Shown: positions 33,359 to 45,780 of the stretch, in pieces
How the letters are laid out: every line of letters starts with the position of its first letter
Position numbering within the stretch: the stretch's first letter is position 1
From: Escherichia coli
Lineage (GTDB): Bacteria; Pseudomonadota; Gammaproteobacteria; Enterobacterales; Enterobacteriaceae
NCBI RefSeq assembly: GCF_030013205.1
Contig: NZ_CP122648.1
Strand: one strand, 5' to 3'
DNA: 64,000 nt
The notes under the pieces: generated by a model
Told to the model about the DNA's origin: nothing
What the model saw: the letters and a program-made list of their open reading frames with translations, nothing else
The model's database searches: none
Translations under genes and position numbers: made by a program

Positions 33359-33847
33359 ATGCTGGAAGATCTGCGCGCCAACAGCTGGAGTTTACGCCCG
33401 TGCTGCATGGTTCTTGCCTATCGCGCAGCTCATTTTTGTTCGGTGTGGCGCAAAAAGAACGTCCTCAACAATATTTGGGCGGCCCCGCTGCTGGTGCTGT
33501 ATCGCATTATCACCGAATGCTTTTTCGGTTATGAAATCCAGGCAGCCGCAACCATTGGTCGCCGTTTCACTATCCATCACGGTTACGCCGTAGTGATCAA
33601 TAAAAACGTGGTCGCGGGGGATGATTTCACCATTCGCCACGGCGTCACTATCGGCAATCGTGGTGCCGATAACATGGCATGTCCACACATTGGCAACGGC
33701 GTCGAACTCGGTGCCAACGTCATTATTCTTGGTGATATCACGCTTGGTAACAACGTCACCGTGGGCGCGGGCAGCGTGGTGCTCGACTCTGTCCCGGACA
33801 ACGCGCTGGTGGTGGGAGAAAAAGCGCGAGTGAAGGTAATTAAATGA
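33359..33847 (+). CDS. wcaB: Colanic acid acetyltransferase WcaB (hexapeptide-repeat, 162 aa)
   Basis: Track ORF; left-handed beta-helix hexapeptide repeats. Confidence 0.9.
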   Translation: MLEDLRANSWSLRPCCMVLAYRAAHFCSVWRKKNVLNNIWAAPLLVLYRIITECFFGYEIQAAATIGRRFTIHHGYAVVINKNVVAGDDFTIRHGVTIGNRGADNMACPHIGNGVELGANVIILGDITLGNNVTVGAGSVVLDSVPDNALVVGEKARVKVIK

Positions 33848-35061
33848 ATATTCTGCAATTTAATGTGCGACTGACGGAAGGCGGGGCGGCAGGTGTGGCG
33901 TTAGATCTCCACCAGCGTGCGCTGCAACAGGGGCTGGCGTCACATTTTGTCTACGGCTACGGCAAAGGCGGCAAAGAGAGCGTCAGCCATCAGAACTATC
34001 CGCAGGTCATCAAACATACGCCGCGGATGACCGCGATGGCGAACATTGCCCTGTTTCGTCTGTTTAATCGCGAACTGTTCGGCAATTTCAATGAGTTATA
34101 TCGCACCATTACTCGCACACCGGGTCCGGTGGTCCTGCATTTTCATGTGCTGCACAGCTACTGGTTGAATCTTAAGAGCGTGGTGCGCTTTTGCGAAAAA
34201 GTGAAAAACCACAAACCGGATATCACTTTGGTCTGGACGTTACACGATCACTGGAGCGTTACCGGACGCTGCGCCTTTACCGACGGTTGTGAAGGCTGGA
34301 AAAAGGGCTGCCAGAAATGCCCGACCTTAAATAATTATCCGCCGGTGAAGATTGATCGCGCACACCAGCTGGTGGCGGGCAAACGCCAGTTATTCCGTGA
34401 GATGCTGGCGCTGGGCTGTCAGTTTATTTCCCCCAGCCAGCATGTGGCTGATGCTTTCAATAGTCTGTACGGTCCAGGGCGTTGCCGGATTATCAATAAT
34501 GGCATTGATATGGCAACCGAAGCGATTCTGGCGGACTTGCCTCCGGTGCGCGAAACCCAGGGCAAGCCGAAAATCGCGGTGGTGGCGCATGATCTGCGTT
34601 ACGACGGCAAAACTAACCAGCAACTGGTACGCGAGATGATGGCGCTGGGCGACAAAATCGAACTGCATACCTTTGGTAAGTTCTCGCCGTTCACCGCTGG
34701 CAACGTGGTTAATCACGGCTTTGAAACTGACAAGCGCAAGTTGATGAGCGCGCTCAATCAGATGGATGCGCTGGTATTCAGTTCTCGCGTCGATAACTAC
34801 CCGCTAATTTTGTGTGAGGCGCTATCGATTGGCGTGCCGGTGATTGCCACCCATAGCGACGCGGCGCGGGAAGTGCTGCAAAAATCCGGCGGTAAAACCG
34901 TCAGTGAAGAAGACGTGCTGCAACTGGTCCAGTTAAGCAAACCGGAAATCGCGCAGGCGGTATTTGGTACCACGCTGGCTGAGTTCAGCCAACGCAGCCG
35001 TGCCGCCTACAGTGGACAACAGATGCTGGAGGAGTATGTCAACTTCTATCAGAATCTGTAG
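33844..35061 (+). CDS. wcaC: Colanic acid glycosyltransferase WcaC (GT1/GT4, 405 aa)
   Basis: Track ORF; 4-nt overlap with wcaB. Confidence 0.9.
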   Translation: MNILQFNVRLTEGGAAGVALDLHQRALQQGLASHFVYGYGKGGKESVSHQNYPQVIKHTPRMTAMANIALFRLFNRELFGNFNELYRTITRTPGPVVLHFHVLHSYWLNLKSVVRFCEKVKNHKPDITLVWTLHDHWSVTGRCAFTDGCEGWKKGCQKCPTLNNYPPVKIDRAHQLVAGKRQLFREMLALGCQFISPSQHVADAFNSLYGPGRCRIINNGIDMATEAILADLPPVRETQGKPKIAVVAHDLRYDGKTNQQLVREMMALGDKIELHTFGKFSPFTAGNVVNHGFETDKRKLMSALNQMDALVFSSRVDNYPLILCEALSIGVPVIATHSDAAREVLQKSGGKTVSEEDVLQLVQLSKPEIAQAVFGTTLAEFSQRSRAAYSGQQMLEEYVNFYQNL

Positions 35062-36253
35062 CTACCTGCTGCTGCCGCTGATCTACCTGCTGGTTAACGT
35101 CAAAATCGCCCAGCTTGGCGAAAGTTTTCCCATCACCATCGTCACTTTTTTACCTGTCTTGTTACTGCTTTTTTTAGAGCGCATCAGCGTTAAAAAATTG
35201 ATGATTGCCTTAGGGATTGGTGCGGGACTCACGGCGTTTAACTACCTGTTTGGTCAGTCTTTAGATGCCAGCAAATACATCACTTCAACCATGCTGTTTG
35301 TCTATATTGTGATCATTATTGGCATGGTGTGGAGCATTCGCTTTAAAACGATTTCGCCACACAACCATCGCAAGATATTACGTTTCTTTTATCTGGTGGT
35401 CGGGCTGGTGGTGGCGCTGGCGGCGGTGGAGATGGCGCAAATTATCCTCACCGGTGGCAGCAGTATTATGGAGTCGATTTCGAAATATCTGATTTACAGC
35501 AACAGCTATGTACTGAATTTCATTAAATTCGGCGGCAAGCGCACGACAGCACTTTATTTCGAACCGGCATTTTTCGCTCTGGCATTAATCTCAATTTGGC
35601 TCAGCATCAAACAGTTTGGTATCAAAACGCCTAAAACCGATGCTATGATTCTCGCAGGGATAATATTATCCGGATCGTTTTCAGGGGTTATGACCTTTAT
35701 CCTGTTTTATTTGCTGGAGTGGGTATTTCAATATCTGAATAAAGAGGCGATTAAGAAAAAGTTACCGTTAGCATTGATTTCTCTGGCTGTATTCCTGGTT
35801 GGTGTGGTAATCGCGTTTCCTTATATTTCCACCCGTCTGGGTGATTTAGGTACGGAAGGATCGTCATCGTATTATCGTATTGTCGGTCCGCTGGTGATGG
35901 TCGGTTATTCTTTGACCCATATTGACGGTGTAGTCAGATTTGGCTCACTTTATGAATATGTCGCATCATTCGGAATATTTAACGGTGCGGATGTCGGAAA
36001 AACCATAGACAATGGTTTGTATCTGCTGATTGTTTATTTTTCCTGGTTCGCGGTGTTTTTATCGCTGTGGTACATGGGGAAAGTGATAAAAATGATGATC
36101 AACGCTTTTGGTGATAACCGCAATTTTCGCGTGCAATTATATCTTTTTACTCCGGTGTCGCTGTTTTTTACCGGTTCGATATTTAGCCCGGAATATGCAT
36201 TTTTAATCGTCTGTCCGTTTATTTTGCGAAAAGCGTTAAATATTACGAGGTAA
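35036..36253 (+). CDS. wcaD: Colanic acid polymerase WcaD (405 aa)
   Basis: Track ORF 34964..36253 extends upstream; start [19 protein letters not shown] at 35036, overlapping the wcaC 3' end; polytopic membrane protein. Confidence 0.9.
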   Translation: MSTSIRICSYLLLPLIYLLVNVKIAQLGESFPITIVTFLPVLLLLFLERISVKKLMIALGIGAGLTAFNYLFGQSLDASKYITSTMLFVYIVIIIGMVWSIRFKTISPHNHRKILRFFYLVVGLVVALAAVEMAQIILTGGSSIMESISKYLIYSNSYVLNFIKFGGKRTTALYFEPAFFALALISIWLSIKQFGIKTPKTDAMILAGIILSGSFSGVMTFILFYLLEWVFQYLNKEAIKKKLPLALISLAVFLVGVVIAFPYISTRLGDLGTEGSSSYYRIVGPLVMVGYSLTHIDGVVRFGSLYEYVASFGIFNGADVGKTIDNGLYLLIVYFSWFAVFLSLWYMGKVIKMMINAFGDNRNFRVQLYLFTPVSLFFTGSIFSPEYAFLIVCPFILRKALNITR

Positions 36254-36263
36254 GAATAAGAAC

Positions 36264-37010
36264 ATGTTGCTTAGCATAATCACTGTCGCGTTTCGTAACC
36301 TCGCAGGGATAGTCAAAACACATGCCTCGCTGGCGCATCTGGCGCAGGCGGACGATATCAGCTTCGAATGGATTGTTGTCGATGGCGGTTCCAACGACGG
36401 TACCCGTGAGTATCTGGAAAATCTCAATGGTATCTATAACCTACGCTTTGTCAGTGAGCCAGATAACGGTATCTACGATGCCATGAATAAAGGCATTGCG
36501 ATGGCACAAGGCAAGTTCGCGTTGTTTCTCAACTCGGGCGATATTTTTCATCAGGATGCCGCAAATTTTGTCCGTAAGTTAAAAATGCAAAAAGATAACG
36601 TGATGATCACCGGCGATGCGCTGCTGGATTTTGGCGATGGGCATAAAATTAAACGTAGCGCCAAACCGGGTTGGTATATTTATCACAGCCTGCCCGCCAG
36701 TCATCAGGCGATATTTTTCCCGGTATCCGGCTTGAAAAAATGGCGTTATGACCTGGAATATAAAGTTTCTTCCGATTACGCGCTGGCAGCCAAAATGTAT
36801 AAAGCTGGTTATGCATTTAGAAAACTCAATGGCCTGGTGTCTGAATTTTCTATGGGTGGGGTATCAACCACCAATAATATGGAATTGTGTGCTGACGCCA
36901 AAAAAGTCCAACGGCAGATATTGCACGTGCCTGGCTTTTGGGCTGAATTATCCTGGCATTTACGCCAACGTACTACCTCAAAGACGAAAGCCTTATATAA
37001 CAAAAGCTGA
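36264..37010 (+). CDS. wcaE: Colanic acid glycosyltransferase WcaE (GT2, 248 aa)
   Basis: Track ORF; GT2 N-terminal motifs. Confidence 0.9.
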   Translation: MLLSIITVAFRNLAGIVKTHASLAHLAQADDISFEWIVVDGGSNDGTREYLENLNGIYNLRFVSEPDNGIYDAMNKGIAMAQGKFALFLNSGDIFHQDAANFVRKLKMQKDNVMITGDALLDFGDGHKIKRSAKPGWYIYHSLPASHQAIFFPVSGLKKWRYDLEYKVSSDYALAAKMYKAGYAFRKLNGLVSEFSMGGVSTTNNMELCADAKKVQRQILHVPGFWAELSWHLRQRTTSKTKALYNKS

Positions 37011-37025
37011 ATATAAGGGAAAACG

Positions 37026-37574
37026 ATGCAAGATTTAAGCGGTTTCTCGGTACCGAAAGGGTTTCGGGGCAGCAATGCTATTAAAGTGCAATTGTGGTGG
37101 GCGGTACAGGCAACAATATTTGCCTGGTCGCCACAAGTATTGTATCGCTGGCGGGCTTTTTTATTACGTTTATTCGGCGCAAAAATAGGAAAAAACGTAG
37201 TTATTCGTCCGTCAGTAAAAATTACCTATCCGTGGAAATTAACCTTAGGTGATTACGCGTGGGTCGGCGATGAGGTCAATTTATATACCCTCGGTGAAAT
37301 AACCATTGGCGCACATTCGGTGATATCGCAAAAAAGTTATTTATGCACCGGGAGCCACGACCATGCAAGTCAACATTTCACCATTAACGCCACGCCTATT
37401 GTGATTGGCGAGAAATGCTGGCTGGCGACAGATGTTTTTGTTGCCCCTGGCGTCACGATCGGCGATGGCACCGTCGTGGGTGCGCGAAGCAGTGTTTTTA
37501 AATCGCTTCCGGCAAATGTGGTTTGCCGGGGGAACCCCGCAGTGGTGATACGCAAACGCGTTGAAACTGAATAA
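37026..37574 (+). CDS. wcaF: Colanic acid acetyltransferase WcaF (hexapeptide-repeat, 182 aa)
   Basis: Track ORF; hexapeptide repeats. Confidence 0.9.
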   Translation: MQDLSGFSVPKGFRGSNAIKVQLWWAVQATIFAWSPQVLYRWRAFLLRLFGAKIGKNVVIRPSVKITYPWKLTLGDYAWVGDEVNLYTLGEITIGAHSVISQKSYLCTGSHDHASQHFTINATPIVIGEKCWLATDVFVAPGVTIGDGTVVGARSSVFKSLPANVVCRGNPAVVIRKRVETE

Positions 37575-37600
37575 ATTCAAAAAATACAGAGGAATAAGAC

Positions 37601-38722
37601 ATGTCAAAAGTCGCTCTCATCACCGGTGTAACCGGACAGGACGGTTCTTACCTGGCAGAGTTTCTGCTGGAAAAAGGTTACGAGGTGCATGGTATTAAGC
37701 GTCGCGCATCGTCATTCAACACCGAGCGCGTGGATCACATTTATCAGGATCCGCACACCTGCAACCCGAAATTCCATCTGCATTATGGCGACCTGAGTGA
37801 TACCTCCAACCTGACGCGCATTTTGCGTGAAGTGCAGCCGGATGAAGTGTACAACCTGGGGGCAATGAGCCACGTTGCGGTTTCTTTTGAGTCACCGGAA
37901 TATACCGCAGACGTCGATGCGATGGGTACGCTGCGCCTGCTGGAGGCGATCCGCTTCCTCGGTCTGGAAAAGAAAACCCGTTTCTATCAGGCTTCCACCT
38001 CTGAACTGTATGGTCTGGTGCAGGAAATTCCGCAGAAAGAAACCACGCCGTTCTATCCACGCTCTCCGTATGCGGTCGCCAAACTGTATGCCTACTGGAT
38101 CACCGTTAACTACCGCGAATCCTACGGCATGTACGCCTGTAACGGTATTCTCTTCAACCATGAATCCCCGCGCCGCGGCGAAACCTTCGTTACCCGCAAA
38201 ATCACCCGCGCAATCGCCAACATCGCCCAGGGGCTGGAGTCGTGCCTGTACCTCGGCAATATGGATTCCCTGCGTGACTGGGGCCATGCCAAAGACTACG
38301 TAAAAATGCAGTGGATGATGCTGCAACAGGAACAGCCGGAAGATTTCGTTATCGCTACCGGCGTTCAGTACTCCGTGCGTCAGTTCGTGGAAATGGCGGC
38401 AGCACAGCTGGGCATCAAACTGCGCTTTGAAGGCACGGGCGTTGAAGAGAAGGGCATTGTGGTTTCCGTCACCGGGCATGACGCGCCGGGCGTTAAACCG
38501 GGCGATGTGATTATCGCCGTTGACCCGCGTTACTTCCGTCCGGCGGAAGTTGAAACGCTGCTCGGCGACCCGACCAAAGCGCACGAAAAACTGGGCTGGA
38601 AACCGGAAATCACCCTCAGAGAGATGGTGTCTGAAATGGTGGCTAATGACCTCGAAGCGGCGAAAAAACACTCTCTGCTGAAATCTCACGGCTACGACGT
38701 GGCGATCGCGCTGGAGTCATAA
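37601..38722 (+). CDS. gmd: GDP-mannose 4,6-dehydratase (373 aa)
   Basis: Track [34 protein letters not shown]ossmann N-terminus. Confidence 0.95.
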
Positions 38723-38724
38723 GC

Positions 38725-39690
38725 ATGAGTAAACAACGCATTTTTATCGCTGGCCATCGCGGAATGGTCGGTTCCGCCATCAGGCGACAGCTCGAACAGC
38801 GCGGTGATGTGGAGCTGGTATTACGCACCCGCGATGAACTGAACCTGCTGGACAGCCGCGCGGTGCATGATTTCTTTGCCAGCGAAAGCATTGACCAGGT
38901 CTATCTGGCGGCGGCGAAAGTGGGCGGCATTGTTGCCAACAACACCTATCCGGCGGATTTCATCTATCAGAACATGATGATTGAGAGCAACATCATTCAC
39001 GCCGCGCATCAGAACGACGTGAACAAACTGCTGTTTCTCGGATCGTCCTGTATCTACCCGAAACTGGCAAAACAGCCGATGGCAGAAAGCGAGTTATTGC
39101 AGGGTACGCTGGAGCCGACCAACGAGCCTTACGCCATTGCCAAAATCGCCGGGATCAAACTGTGCGAATCTTACAACCGCCAGTACGGACGCGATTACCG
39201 CTCGGTCATGCCGACCAACCTGTACGGGCCGCACGACAACTTCCATCCGAGTAACTCGCATGTGATCCCAGCATTGCTGCGTCGCTTCCACGAGGCGACG
39301 GCACAGAATGCGCCGGACGTGGTGGTGTGGGGCAGCGGTACGCCGATGCGCGAATTTCTGCACGTCGATGATATGGCGGCGGCGAGCATTCATGTGATGG
39401 AGCTGGCGCATGAAGTCTGGCTGGAGAACACCCAGCCGATGCTGTCGCACATTAATGTCGGCACGGGCGTTGACTGCACTATCCGCGAGCTGGCGCAAAC
39501 CATCGCCAAAGTGGTGGGTTACAAAGGTCGGGTGGTTTTTGATGCCAGCAAACCGGATGGCACACCGCGCAAACTGCTGGATGTGACGCGCCTGCATCAG
39601 CTTGGCTGGTATCACGAAATCTCACTGGAAGCGGGGCTTGCCAGCACTTACCAGTGGTTCCTTGAGAATCAAGACCGCTTTCGGGGGTAA
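38725..39690 (+). CDS. fcl: GDP-L-fucose synthase Fcl (WcaG, 321 aa)
   Basis: Track [23 protein letters not shown]-terminus, SDR-type epimerase/reductase. Confidence 0.95.
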   Translation: MSKQRIFIAGHRGMVGSAIRRQLEQRGDVELVLRTRDELNLLDSRAVHDFFASESIDQVYLAAAKVGGIVANNTYPADFIYQNMMIESNIIHAAHQNDVNKLLFLGSSCIYPKLAKQPMAESELLQGTLEPTNEPYAIAKIAGIKLCESYNRQYGRDYRSVMPTNLYGPHDNFHPSNSHVIPALLRRFHEATAQNAPDVVVWGSGTPMREFLHVDDMAAASIHVMELAHEVWLENTQPMLSHINVGTGVDCTIRELAQTIAKVVGYKGRVVFDASKPDGTPRKLLDVTRLHQLGWYHEISLEAGLASTYQWFLENQDRFRG

Positions 39691-39692
39691 TG

Positions 39693-40172
39693 ATGTTTTT
39701 ACGTCAGGAAGACTTTGCCACGGTAGTGCGCTCCACTCCGCTTGTCTCTCTCGACTTTATTGTTGAGAACAGTCGCGGCGAGTTTCTGCTTGGCAAAAGA
39801 ACCAACCGCCCGGCGCAGGGTTACTGGTTTGTGCCGGGAGGGCGCGTGCAGAAAGACGAAACGCTGGAAGCCGCATTTGAGCGGCTGACGATGGCGGAAC
39901 TGGGGCTGCGTCTGCCGATAACAGCAGGCCAGTTTTACGGTGTCTGGCAGCACTTTTATGACGATAACTTCTCTGGCACGGATTTCACCACGCACTATGT
40001 GGTGCTCGGTTTTCGCTTCAGAGTCGCGGAAGAAGATCTGTTACTGCCGGATGAGCAGCATGACGATTACCGCTGGCTGACGCCGGAAGCGCTGCTCGCC
40101 AGTGACAATGTTCACGCTAACAGCCGCGCCTATTTTCTCGCTGAGAAGCGTGCCGGAGTACCCGGATTATGA
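39693..40172 (+). CDS. gmm: GDP-mannose mannosyl hydrolase Gmm (Nudix, 159 aa)
   Basis: Track ORF from 39690 (MMFLRQ); second ATG at 39693 taken as start; Nudix box [23 protein letters not shown]. Confidence 0.9.
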   Translation: MFLRQEDFATVVRSTPLVSLDFIVENSRGEFLLGKRTNRPAQGYWFVPGGRVQKDETLEAAFERLTMAELGLRLPITAGQFYGVWQHFYDDNFSGTDFTTHYVVLGFRFRVAEEDLLLPDEQHDDYRWLTPEALLASDNVHANSRAYFLAEKRAGVPGL

Positions 40173-41392
40173 AAATACTGGTCTACGGCATTAACTACTC
40201 GCCGGAGTTAACCGGCATCGGCAAATACACCGGAGAGATGGTGGAATGGCTTGCGGCACAAGGTCATGAGGTGCGGGTCATAACCGCACCGCCTTACTAC
40301 CCGCAGTGGCAGGTGGGCGAGAACTATTCCGCCTGGCGCTACAAACGAGAAGAGGGGGCCGCCACGGTGTGGCGCTGCCCGCTGTACGTGCCAAAACAGC
40401 CGAGCACCCTGAAACGCTTGTTGCATCTCGGCAGTTTTGCCGTCAGCAGTTTTTTCCCGTTGATGGCGCAACGTCGCTGGAAGCCGGATCGCATTATTGG
40501 CGTGGTGCCAACGCTGTTTTGCACGCCGGGAATGCGCCTGCTGGCGAAACTCTCTGGCGCGCGTACCGTGCTGCATATTCAGGATTACGAAGTGGACGCC
40601 ATGCTGGGGCTGGGCCTTGCCGGAAAAGGCAAAGGCGGCAAAGTGGCACAGCTGGCAACGGCGTTCGAACGTAGCGGACTGCATAACGTCGATAACGTCT
40701 CCACGATTTCGCGTTCGATGATGAATAAAGCCATCGAAAAAGGCGTGGCGGCAGAAAACGTCATCTTCTTTCCCAACTGGTCAGAAATTGCCCGTTTTCA
40801 GCATGTCGCAGATGTCGATGTTGATGCCCTTCGTAACCAGCTTGGCCTGCCGGATAACAAAAAAATCATTCTTTACTCCGGCAATATTGGTGAAAAGCAG
40901 GGGCTGGAAAACGTTATTGAAGCTGCCGATCGCCTGCGCGATGAACCGCTGATTTTTGCCATTGTCGGGCAGGGCGGCGGCAAAGCGCGGCTGGAAAAAA
41001 TGGCGCAGCAGCGTGGACTGCGCAACATGCAATTTTTCCCGCTGCAATCGTATGACGCTTTACCCGCACTGCTGAAGATGGGCGATTGCCATCTGGTGGT
41101 GCAAAAACGCGGCGCGGCAGATGCCGTATTGCCGTCGAAACTGACCAATATTCTGGCGGTAGGCGGTAACGCGGTGATTACCGCAGAGGCCCACACAGAA
41201 CTGGGGCAGCTTTGCGAAACCTTTCCGGGCATTGCGGTTTGCGTAGAGCCGGAATCGGTCGAGGCGCTGGTGGCGGGGATTTGCCAGGCGCTCCTGCTGC
41301 CCAAACACAACACGGTGGCACGTGAATATGCCGAACGCACGCTCGATAAAGAGAACGTGTTACGTCAATTTATAAATGATATTCGGGGATAA
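40169..41392 (+). CDS. wcaI: Colanic acid glycosyltransferase WcaI (GT1, 407 aa)
   Basis: Track ORF; GT1-family fold. Confidence 0.9.
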   Translation: MKILVYGINYSPELTGIGKYTGEMVEWLAAQGHEVRVITAPPYYPQWQVGENYSAWRYKREEGAATVWRCPLYVPKQPSTLKRLLHLGSFAVSSFFPLMAQRRWKPDRIIGVVPTLFCTPGMRLLAKLSGARTVLHIQDYEVDAMLGLGLAGKGKGGKVAQLATAFERSGLHNVDNVSTISRSMMNKAIEKGVAAENVIFFPNWSEIARFQHVADVDVDALRNQLGLPDNKKIILYSGNIGEKQGLENVIEAADRLRDEPLIFAIVGQGGGKARLEKMAQQRGLRNMQFFPLQSYDALPALLKMGDCHLVVQKRGAADAVLPSKLTNILAVGGNAVITAEAHTELGQLCETFPGIAVCVEPESVEALVAGICQALLLPKHNTVAREYAERTLDKENVLRQFINDIRG

Positions 41393-41394
41393 TT

Positions 41395-42831
41395 ATGGCG
41401 CAGTCGAAACTCTATCCAGTTGTGATGGCAGGTGGCTCCGGTAGCCGCTTATGGCCGCTTTCCCGCGTACTTTATCCCAAGCAGTTTTTATGCCTGAAAG
41501 GCGATCTCACCATGCTGCAAACCACCATCTGCCGCCTGAACGGCGTGGAGTGCGAAAGCCCTGTGGTGATTTGCAATGAGCAGCACCGCTTTATTGTCGC
41601 GGAACAGCTGCGTCAACTGAACAAACTCACCGAGAACATTATTCTCGAACCGGCAGGGCGTAACACTGCACCTGCCATTGCGCTGGCGGCGCTGGCGGCA
41701 AAACGTCATAGCCCGGAGAGCGACCCGTTAATGCTGGTGCTGGCGGCGGATCATGTGATTGCCGATGAAGACGCGTTCCGTGCCGCCGTGCGTAATGCTA
41801 TGCCATATGCCGAAGCGGGCAAGCTGGTGACCTTCGGCATTGTGCCGGATCTACCTGAAACCGGATATGGCTATATTCGTCGCGGTGAAGTGTCTGCGGG
41901 TGAGCAGGATACGGTGGCCTTTGAAGTGGCGCAGTTTGTCGAAAAACCAAATCTGGAAACCGCGCAGGCCTATGTAGCAAGCGGCGAATATTACTGGAAC
42001 AGCGGTATGTTCCTGTTCCGTGCCGGACGCTATCTCGAAGAACTGAAAAAATATCGCCCGGATATCCTCGATGCCTGCGAAAAAGCGATGAGCGCCGTCG
42101 ATCCGGATCTCGATTTTATTCGCGTGGATGAAGAAGCCTTTCTGGCCTGCCCGGAAGAGTCGGTGGATTACGCGGTCATGGAACGTACGGCAGATGCCGT
42201 TGTGGTGCCGATGGATGCGGGCTGGAGCGATGTCGGTTCCTGGTCTTCATTATGGGAGATCAGCGCCCACACCGCCGAGGGCAACGTTTGCCACGGCGAT
42301 GTGATTAATCACAAAACTGAAAACAGCTATGTGTATGCCGAATCTGGCCTGGTCACCACCGTCGGGGTGAAAGATTTGGTGGTAGTGCAGACCAAAGATG
42401 CAGTGCTGATTGCCGACCGTAACGCGGTGCAGGATGTGAAAAAAGTGGTCGAGCAGATCAAAGCCGACGGTCGCCATGAGCATCGGGTGCATCGTGAAGT
42501 GTATCGTCCGTGGGGCAAATATGACTCTATTGATGCGGGCGACCGCTACCAGGTGAAACGCATCACCGTGAAACCGGGCGAGGGCTTGTCGGTACAGATG
42601 CATCATCACCGCGCGGAACACTGGGTGGTGGTCGCAGGAACGGCAAAAGTCACTATTGACGGTGATATCAAACTGCTTGGTGAAAACGAGTCCATTTATA
42701 TTCCGCTGGGGGCGACACATTGCCTGGAAAACCCGGGGAAAATTCCGCTCGATTTAATTGAAGTGCGCTCCGGCTCTTATCTCGAAGAGGATGATGTGGT
42801 GCGCTTCGCGGATCGCTACGGGCGGGTGTAA
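41395..42831 (+). CDS. cpsB: Mannose-1-phosphate guanylyltransferase CpsB/ManC (478 aa)
   Basis: Track ORF; nucleotidyltransferase N-terminus [17 protein letters not shown] and C-terminal cupin. Confidence 0.95.
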   Translation: MAQSKLYPVVMAGGSGSRLWPLSRVLYPKQFLCLKGDLTMLQTTICRLNGVECESPVVICNEQHRFIVAEQLRQLNKLTENIILEPAGRNTAPAIALAALAAKRHSPESDPLMLVLAADHVIADEDAFRAAVRNAMPYAEAGKLVTFGIVPDLPETGYGYIRRGEVSAGEQDTVAFEVAQFVEKPNLETAQAYVASGEYYWNSGMFLFRAGRYLEELKKYRPDILDACEKAMSAVDPDLDFIRVDEEAFLACPEESVDYAVMERTADAVVVPMDAGWSDVGSWSSLWEISAHTAEGNVCHGDVINHKTENSYVYAESGLVTTVGVKDLVVVQTKDAVLIADRNAVQDVKKVVEQIKADGRHEHRVHREVYRPWGKYDSIDAGDRYQVKRITVKPGEGLSVQMHHHRAEHWVVVAGTAKVTIDGDIKLLGENESIYIPLGATHCLENPGKIPLDLIEVRSGSYLEEDDVVRFADRYGRV

Positions 42832-42832
42832 A

Positions 42833-42882
<50 letters not shown>

Positions 42883-42959
42883 CCGCGATGTAAATAACGA
42901 CAAAAACAAAATTGGCCGTTTCGGTCAGGGCCAACTATTGCCTGAAAAAGGGTAACGAT

Positions 42960-44330
42960 ATGAAAAAATTAACCTGCTTTAAAGCCTATGATATTCGCGG
43001 GAAATTAGGCGAAGAACTGAATGAAGATATTGCCTGGCGCATTGGTCGTGCCTATGGCGAATTTCTCAAACCGAAAACCATTGTGTTAGGCGGCGATGTC
43101 CGCCTCACCAGCGAAACCTTAAAACTGGCGCTGGCGAAAGGTTTACAGGATGCGGGCGTCGATGTGCTGGATATTGGTATGTCCGGCACCGAAGAGATCT
43201 ATTTCGCCACGTTCCATCTCTGCGTGGATGGCGGCATTGAAGTTACCGCCAGCCATAACCCGATGGATTATAACGGCATGAAGCTGGTGCGCGAAGGGGC
43301 TCGCCCGATCAGCGGCGATACCGGACTGCGCGACGTCCAGCGTCTGGCAGAAGCCAACGACTTTCCTCCCGTCGATGAAACCAAACGCGGTCGCTATCAG
43401 CAAATCAATCTGCGTGACGCTTACGTTGATCACCTGTTCGGTTATATCAACGTCAAAAACCTTACTCCGCTGAAGCTGGTGATCAACTCCGGGAACGGCG
43501 CGGCGGGTCCGGTGGTGGACGCCATCGAAGCCCGCTTTAAAGCCCTCGGCGCACCGGTGGAATTCATCAAAGTGCACAACACGCCGGACGGCAATTTCCC
43601 CAACGGTATTCCTAACCCGCTGCTGCCGGAATGCCGCGACGACACCCGCAATGCGGTCATCAAACACGGCGCGGATATGGGCATTGCCTTTGATGGCGAT
43701 TTTGACCGCTGTTTCCTGTTTGACGAAAAAGGGCAGTTTATCGAGGGCTACTACATTGTCGGTCTGCTGGCAGAAGCGTTCCTCGAAAAAAATCCCGGCG
43801 CGAAGATCATCCACGATCCACGTCTCTCCTGGAACACGGTTGATGTGGTGACTGCCGCAGGTGGCACGCCGGTAATGTCGAAAACCGGACACGCCTTTAT
43901 TAAAGAACGTATGCGCAAGGAAGACGCCATCTACGGTGGCGAAATGAGCGCCCACCACTATTTCCGTGATTTCGCTTACTGCGACAGCGGCATGATCCCA
44001 TGGCTGCTGGTCGCCGAACTGGTGTGCCTGAAAGGAAAAACGCTGGGCGAACTGGTGCGCGACCGGATGGCAGCATTTCCGGCAAGCGGTGAGATCAACA
44101 GCAAACTGGCGCAACCCGTTGAGGCGATTAACCGCGTCGAACAGCATTTTAGCCGCGAGGCGCTGGCGGTGGATCGCACCGATGGCATCAGCATGACCTT
44201 TGCCGACTGGCGCTTTAATCTGCGCTCCTCCAACACCGAACCGGTGGTGCGGTTGAATGTGGAATCGCGCGGTGATGTGCCGCTGATGGAAGCGCGAACG
44301 CGAACTCTGCTGGCGTTGCTGAACGAGTAA
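42960..44330 (+). CDS. cpsG: Phosphomannomutase CpsG/ManB (456 aa)
   Basis: Track ORF 42912..44330 extends upstream; start [14 protein letters not shown] at 42960; active-site TASHNP. Confidence 0.95.
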   Translation: MKKLTCFKAYDIRGKLGEELNEDIAWRIGRAYGEFLKPKTIVLGGDVRLTSETLKLALAKGLQDAGVDVLDIGMSGTEEIYFATFHLCVDGGIEVTASHNPMDYNGMKLVREGARPISGDTGLRDVQRLAEANDFPPVDETKRGRYQQINLRDAYVDHLFGYINVKNLTPLKLVINSGNGAAGPVVDAIEARFKALGAPVEFIKVHNTPDGNFPNGIPNPLLPECRDDTRNAVIKHGADMGIAFDGDFDRCFLFDEKGQFIEGYYIVGLLAEAFLEKNPGAKIIHDPRLSWNTVDVVTAAGGTPVMSKTGHAFIKERMRKEDAIYGGEMSAHHYFRDFAYCDSGMIPWLLVAELVCLKGKTLGELVRDRMAAFPASGEINSKLAQPVEAINRVEQHFSREALAVDRTDGISMTFADWRFNLRSSNTEPVVRLNVESRGDVPLMEARTRTLLALLNE

Positions 44331-44384
44331 TGTCGGATCTTCCCTTACCCCACTGCGGGTAAGGGGCTAATAACAGGAACAACG

Positions 44385-45779
44385 ATGACAAATCTAAAAA
44401 AGCGCGAGCGAGCGAAAACCAATGCATCGTTAATCTCTATGGTGCAACGCTTTTCAGATATCACCATCATGTTTGCCGGACTATGGCTGGTTTGCGAAGT
44501 GAGCGGCCTGTCATTCCTCTACATGCACCTGTTGGTGGCGCTGATTACGCTGGTGGTGTTCCAGATGCTGGGTGGCATCACCGATTTTTATCGCTCATGG
44601 CGAGGTGTTCGGGCAGCGACAGAATTTGCCCTGCTGCTACAAAACTGGACCTTAAGCGTGATTTTCAGCGCCGGACTGGTGGCGTTCAACAATGATTTCG
44701 ATACGCAACTGAAAATCTGGCTGGCGTGGTATGGGCTGACCAGCATCGGACTGGTGGTTTGCCGTTCATGTATTCGCATTGGGGCGGGCTGGCTGCGTAA
44801 TCATGGCTATAACAAGCGTATGGTCGCCGTAGCGGGGGATTTAGCCGCCGGACAAATGCTGATGGAGAGCTTCCGTAATCAGCCGTGGTTAGGGTTTGAA
44901 GTGGTGGGCGTATACCACGACCCAAAACCGGGCGGCGTTTCTAACGACTGGGCGGGCAATCTGCAACAGCTGGTAGAGGATGCAAAAGCGGGCAAGATTC
45001 ATAACGTCTATATCGCGATGCAGATGTGCGACGGCGCGCGCGTGAAAAAACTGGTCCATCAACTGGCGGACACCACCTGTTCGGTGCTGCTGATCCCCGA
45101 TGTCTTTACCTTCAACATTCTCCATTCCCGTATCGAAGAGATGAACGGCGTACCGGTGGTGCCGCTTTACGACACACCGCTTTCCGGGGTTAACCGCCTG
45201 CTCAAACGTGCGGAAGACATTGTGCTGGCGACGCTTATCCTGCTGCTGATCTCCCCGGTGCTGTGCTGCATTGCGCTGGCGGTGAAACTCAGTTCACCTG
45301 GGCCAGTTATTTTCCGCCAGACTCGCTACGGCATGGACGGCAAGCCGATCAAAGTGTGGAAGTTCCGTTCCATGAAAGTGATGGAGAACGACAAAGTGGT
45401 GACCCAGGCGACGCAGAACGATCCGCGCGTCACCAAAGTGGGGAACTTTCTGCGCCGCACCTCGCTGGATGAATTGCCGCAGTTTATCAATGTGCTGACC
45501 GGGGGGATGTCGATTGTTGGCCCGCGTCCGCACGCGGTGGCGCATAACGAACAGTATCGCCAGCTCATTGAAGGCTACATGCTGCGCCATAAAGTGAAAC
45601 CGGGCATTACCGGCTGGGCGCAGATTAATGGCTGGCGTGGCGAAACCGACACGCTGGAGAAAATGGTAAAACGCGTCGAGTTCGACCTTGAGTACATCCG
45701 CGAATGGAGCGTCTGGTTCGATATCAAAATCGTTTTCCTGACGGTATTCAAAGGTTTCGTTAACAAAGCGGCATATTGA
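44385..45779 (+). CDS. wcaJ: Undecaprenyl-phosphate glucose phosphotransferase WcaJ (464 aa)
   Basis: Track ORF; N-terminal TM segments plus C-terminal bacterial sugar transferase domain (SIVGPRPHAV). Confidence 0.95.
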   Translation: MTNLKKRERAKTNASLISMVQRFSDITIMFAGLWLVCEVSGLSFLYMHLLVALITLVVFQMLGGITDFYRSWRGVRAATEFALLLQNWTLSVIFSAGLVAFNNDFDTQLKIWLAWYGLTSIGLVVCRSCIRIGAGWLRNHGYNKRMVAVAGDLAAGQMLMESFRNQPWLGFEVVGVYHDPKPGGVSNDWAGNLQQLVEDAKAGKIHNVYIAMQMCDGARVKKLVHQLADTTCSVLLIPDVFTFNILHSRIEEMNGVPVVPLYDTPLSGVNRLLKRAEDIVLATLILLLISPVLCCIALAVKLSSPGPVIFRQTRYGMDGKPIKVWKFRSMKVMENDKVVTQATQNDPRVTKVGNFLRRTSLDELPQFINVLTGGMSIVGPRPHAVAHNEQYRQLIEGYMLRHKVKPGITGWAQINGWRGETDTLEKMVKRVEFDLEYIREWSVWFDIKIVFLTVFKGFVNKAAY

Positions 45780-45780
45780 T

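Noticed and set aside
37892..38689. 265-aa minus-strand ORF inside gmd, and similar long antisense ORFs inside cpsG (43143..44147), wcaK (47676..48341) and wcaJ (45294..45932)
   Set aside because: They fall entirely within strongly supported conserved genes on the opposite strand and have low-complexity Arg/His/Gln-rich translations typical of antisense frames in GC-rich DNA.
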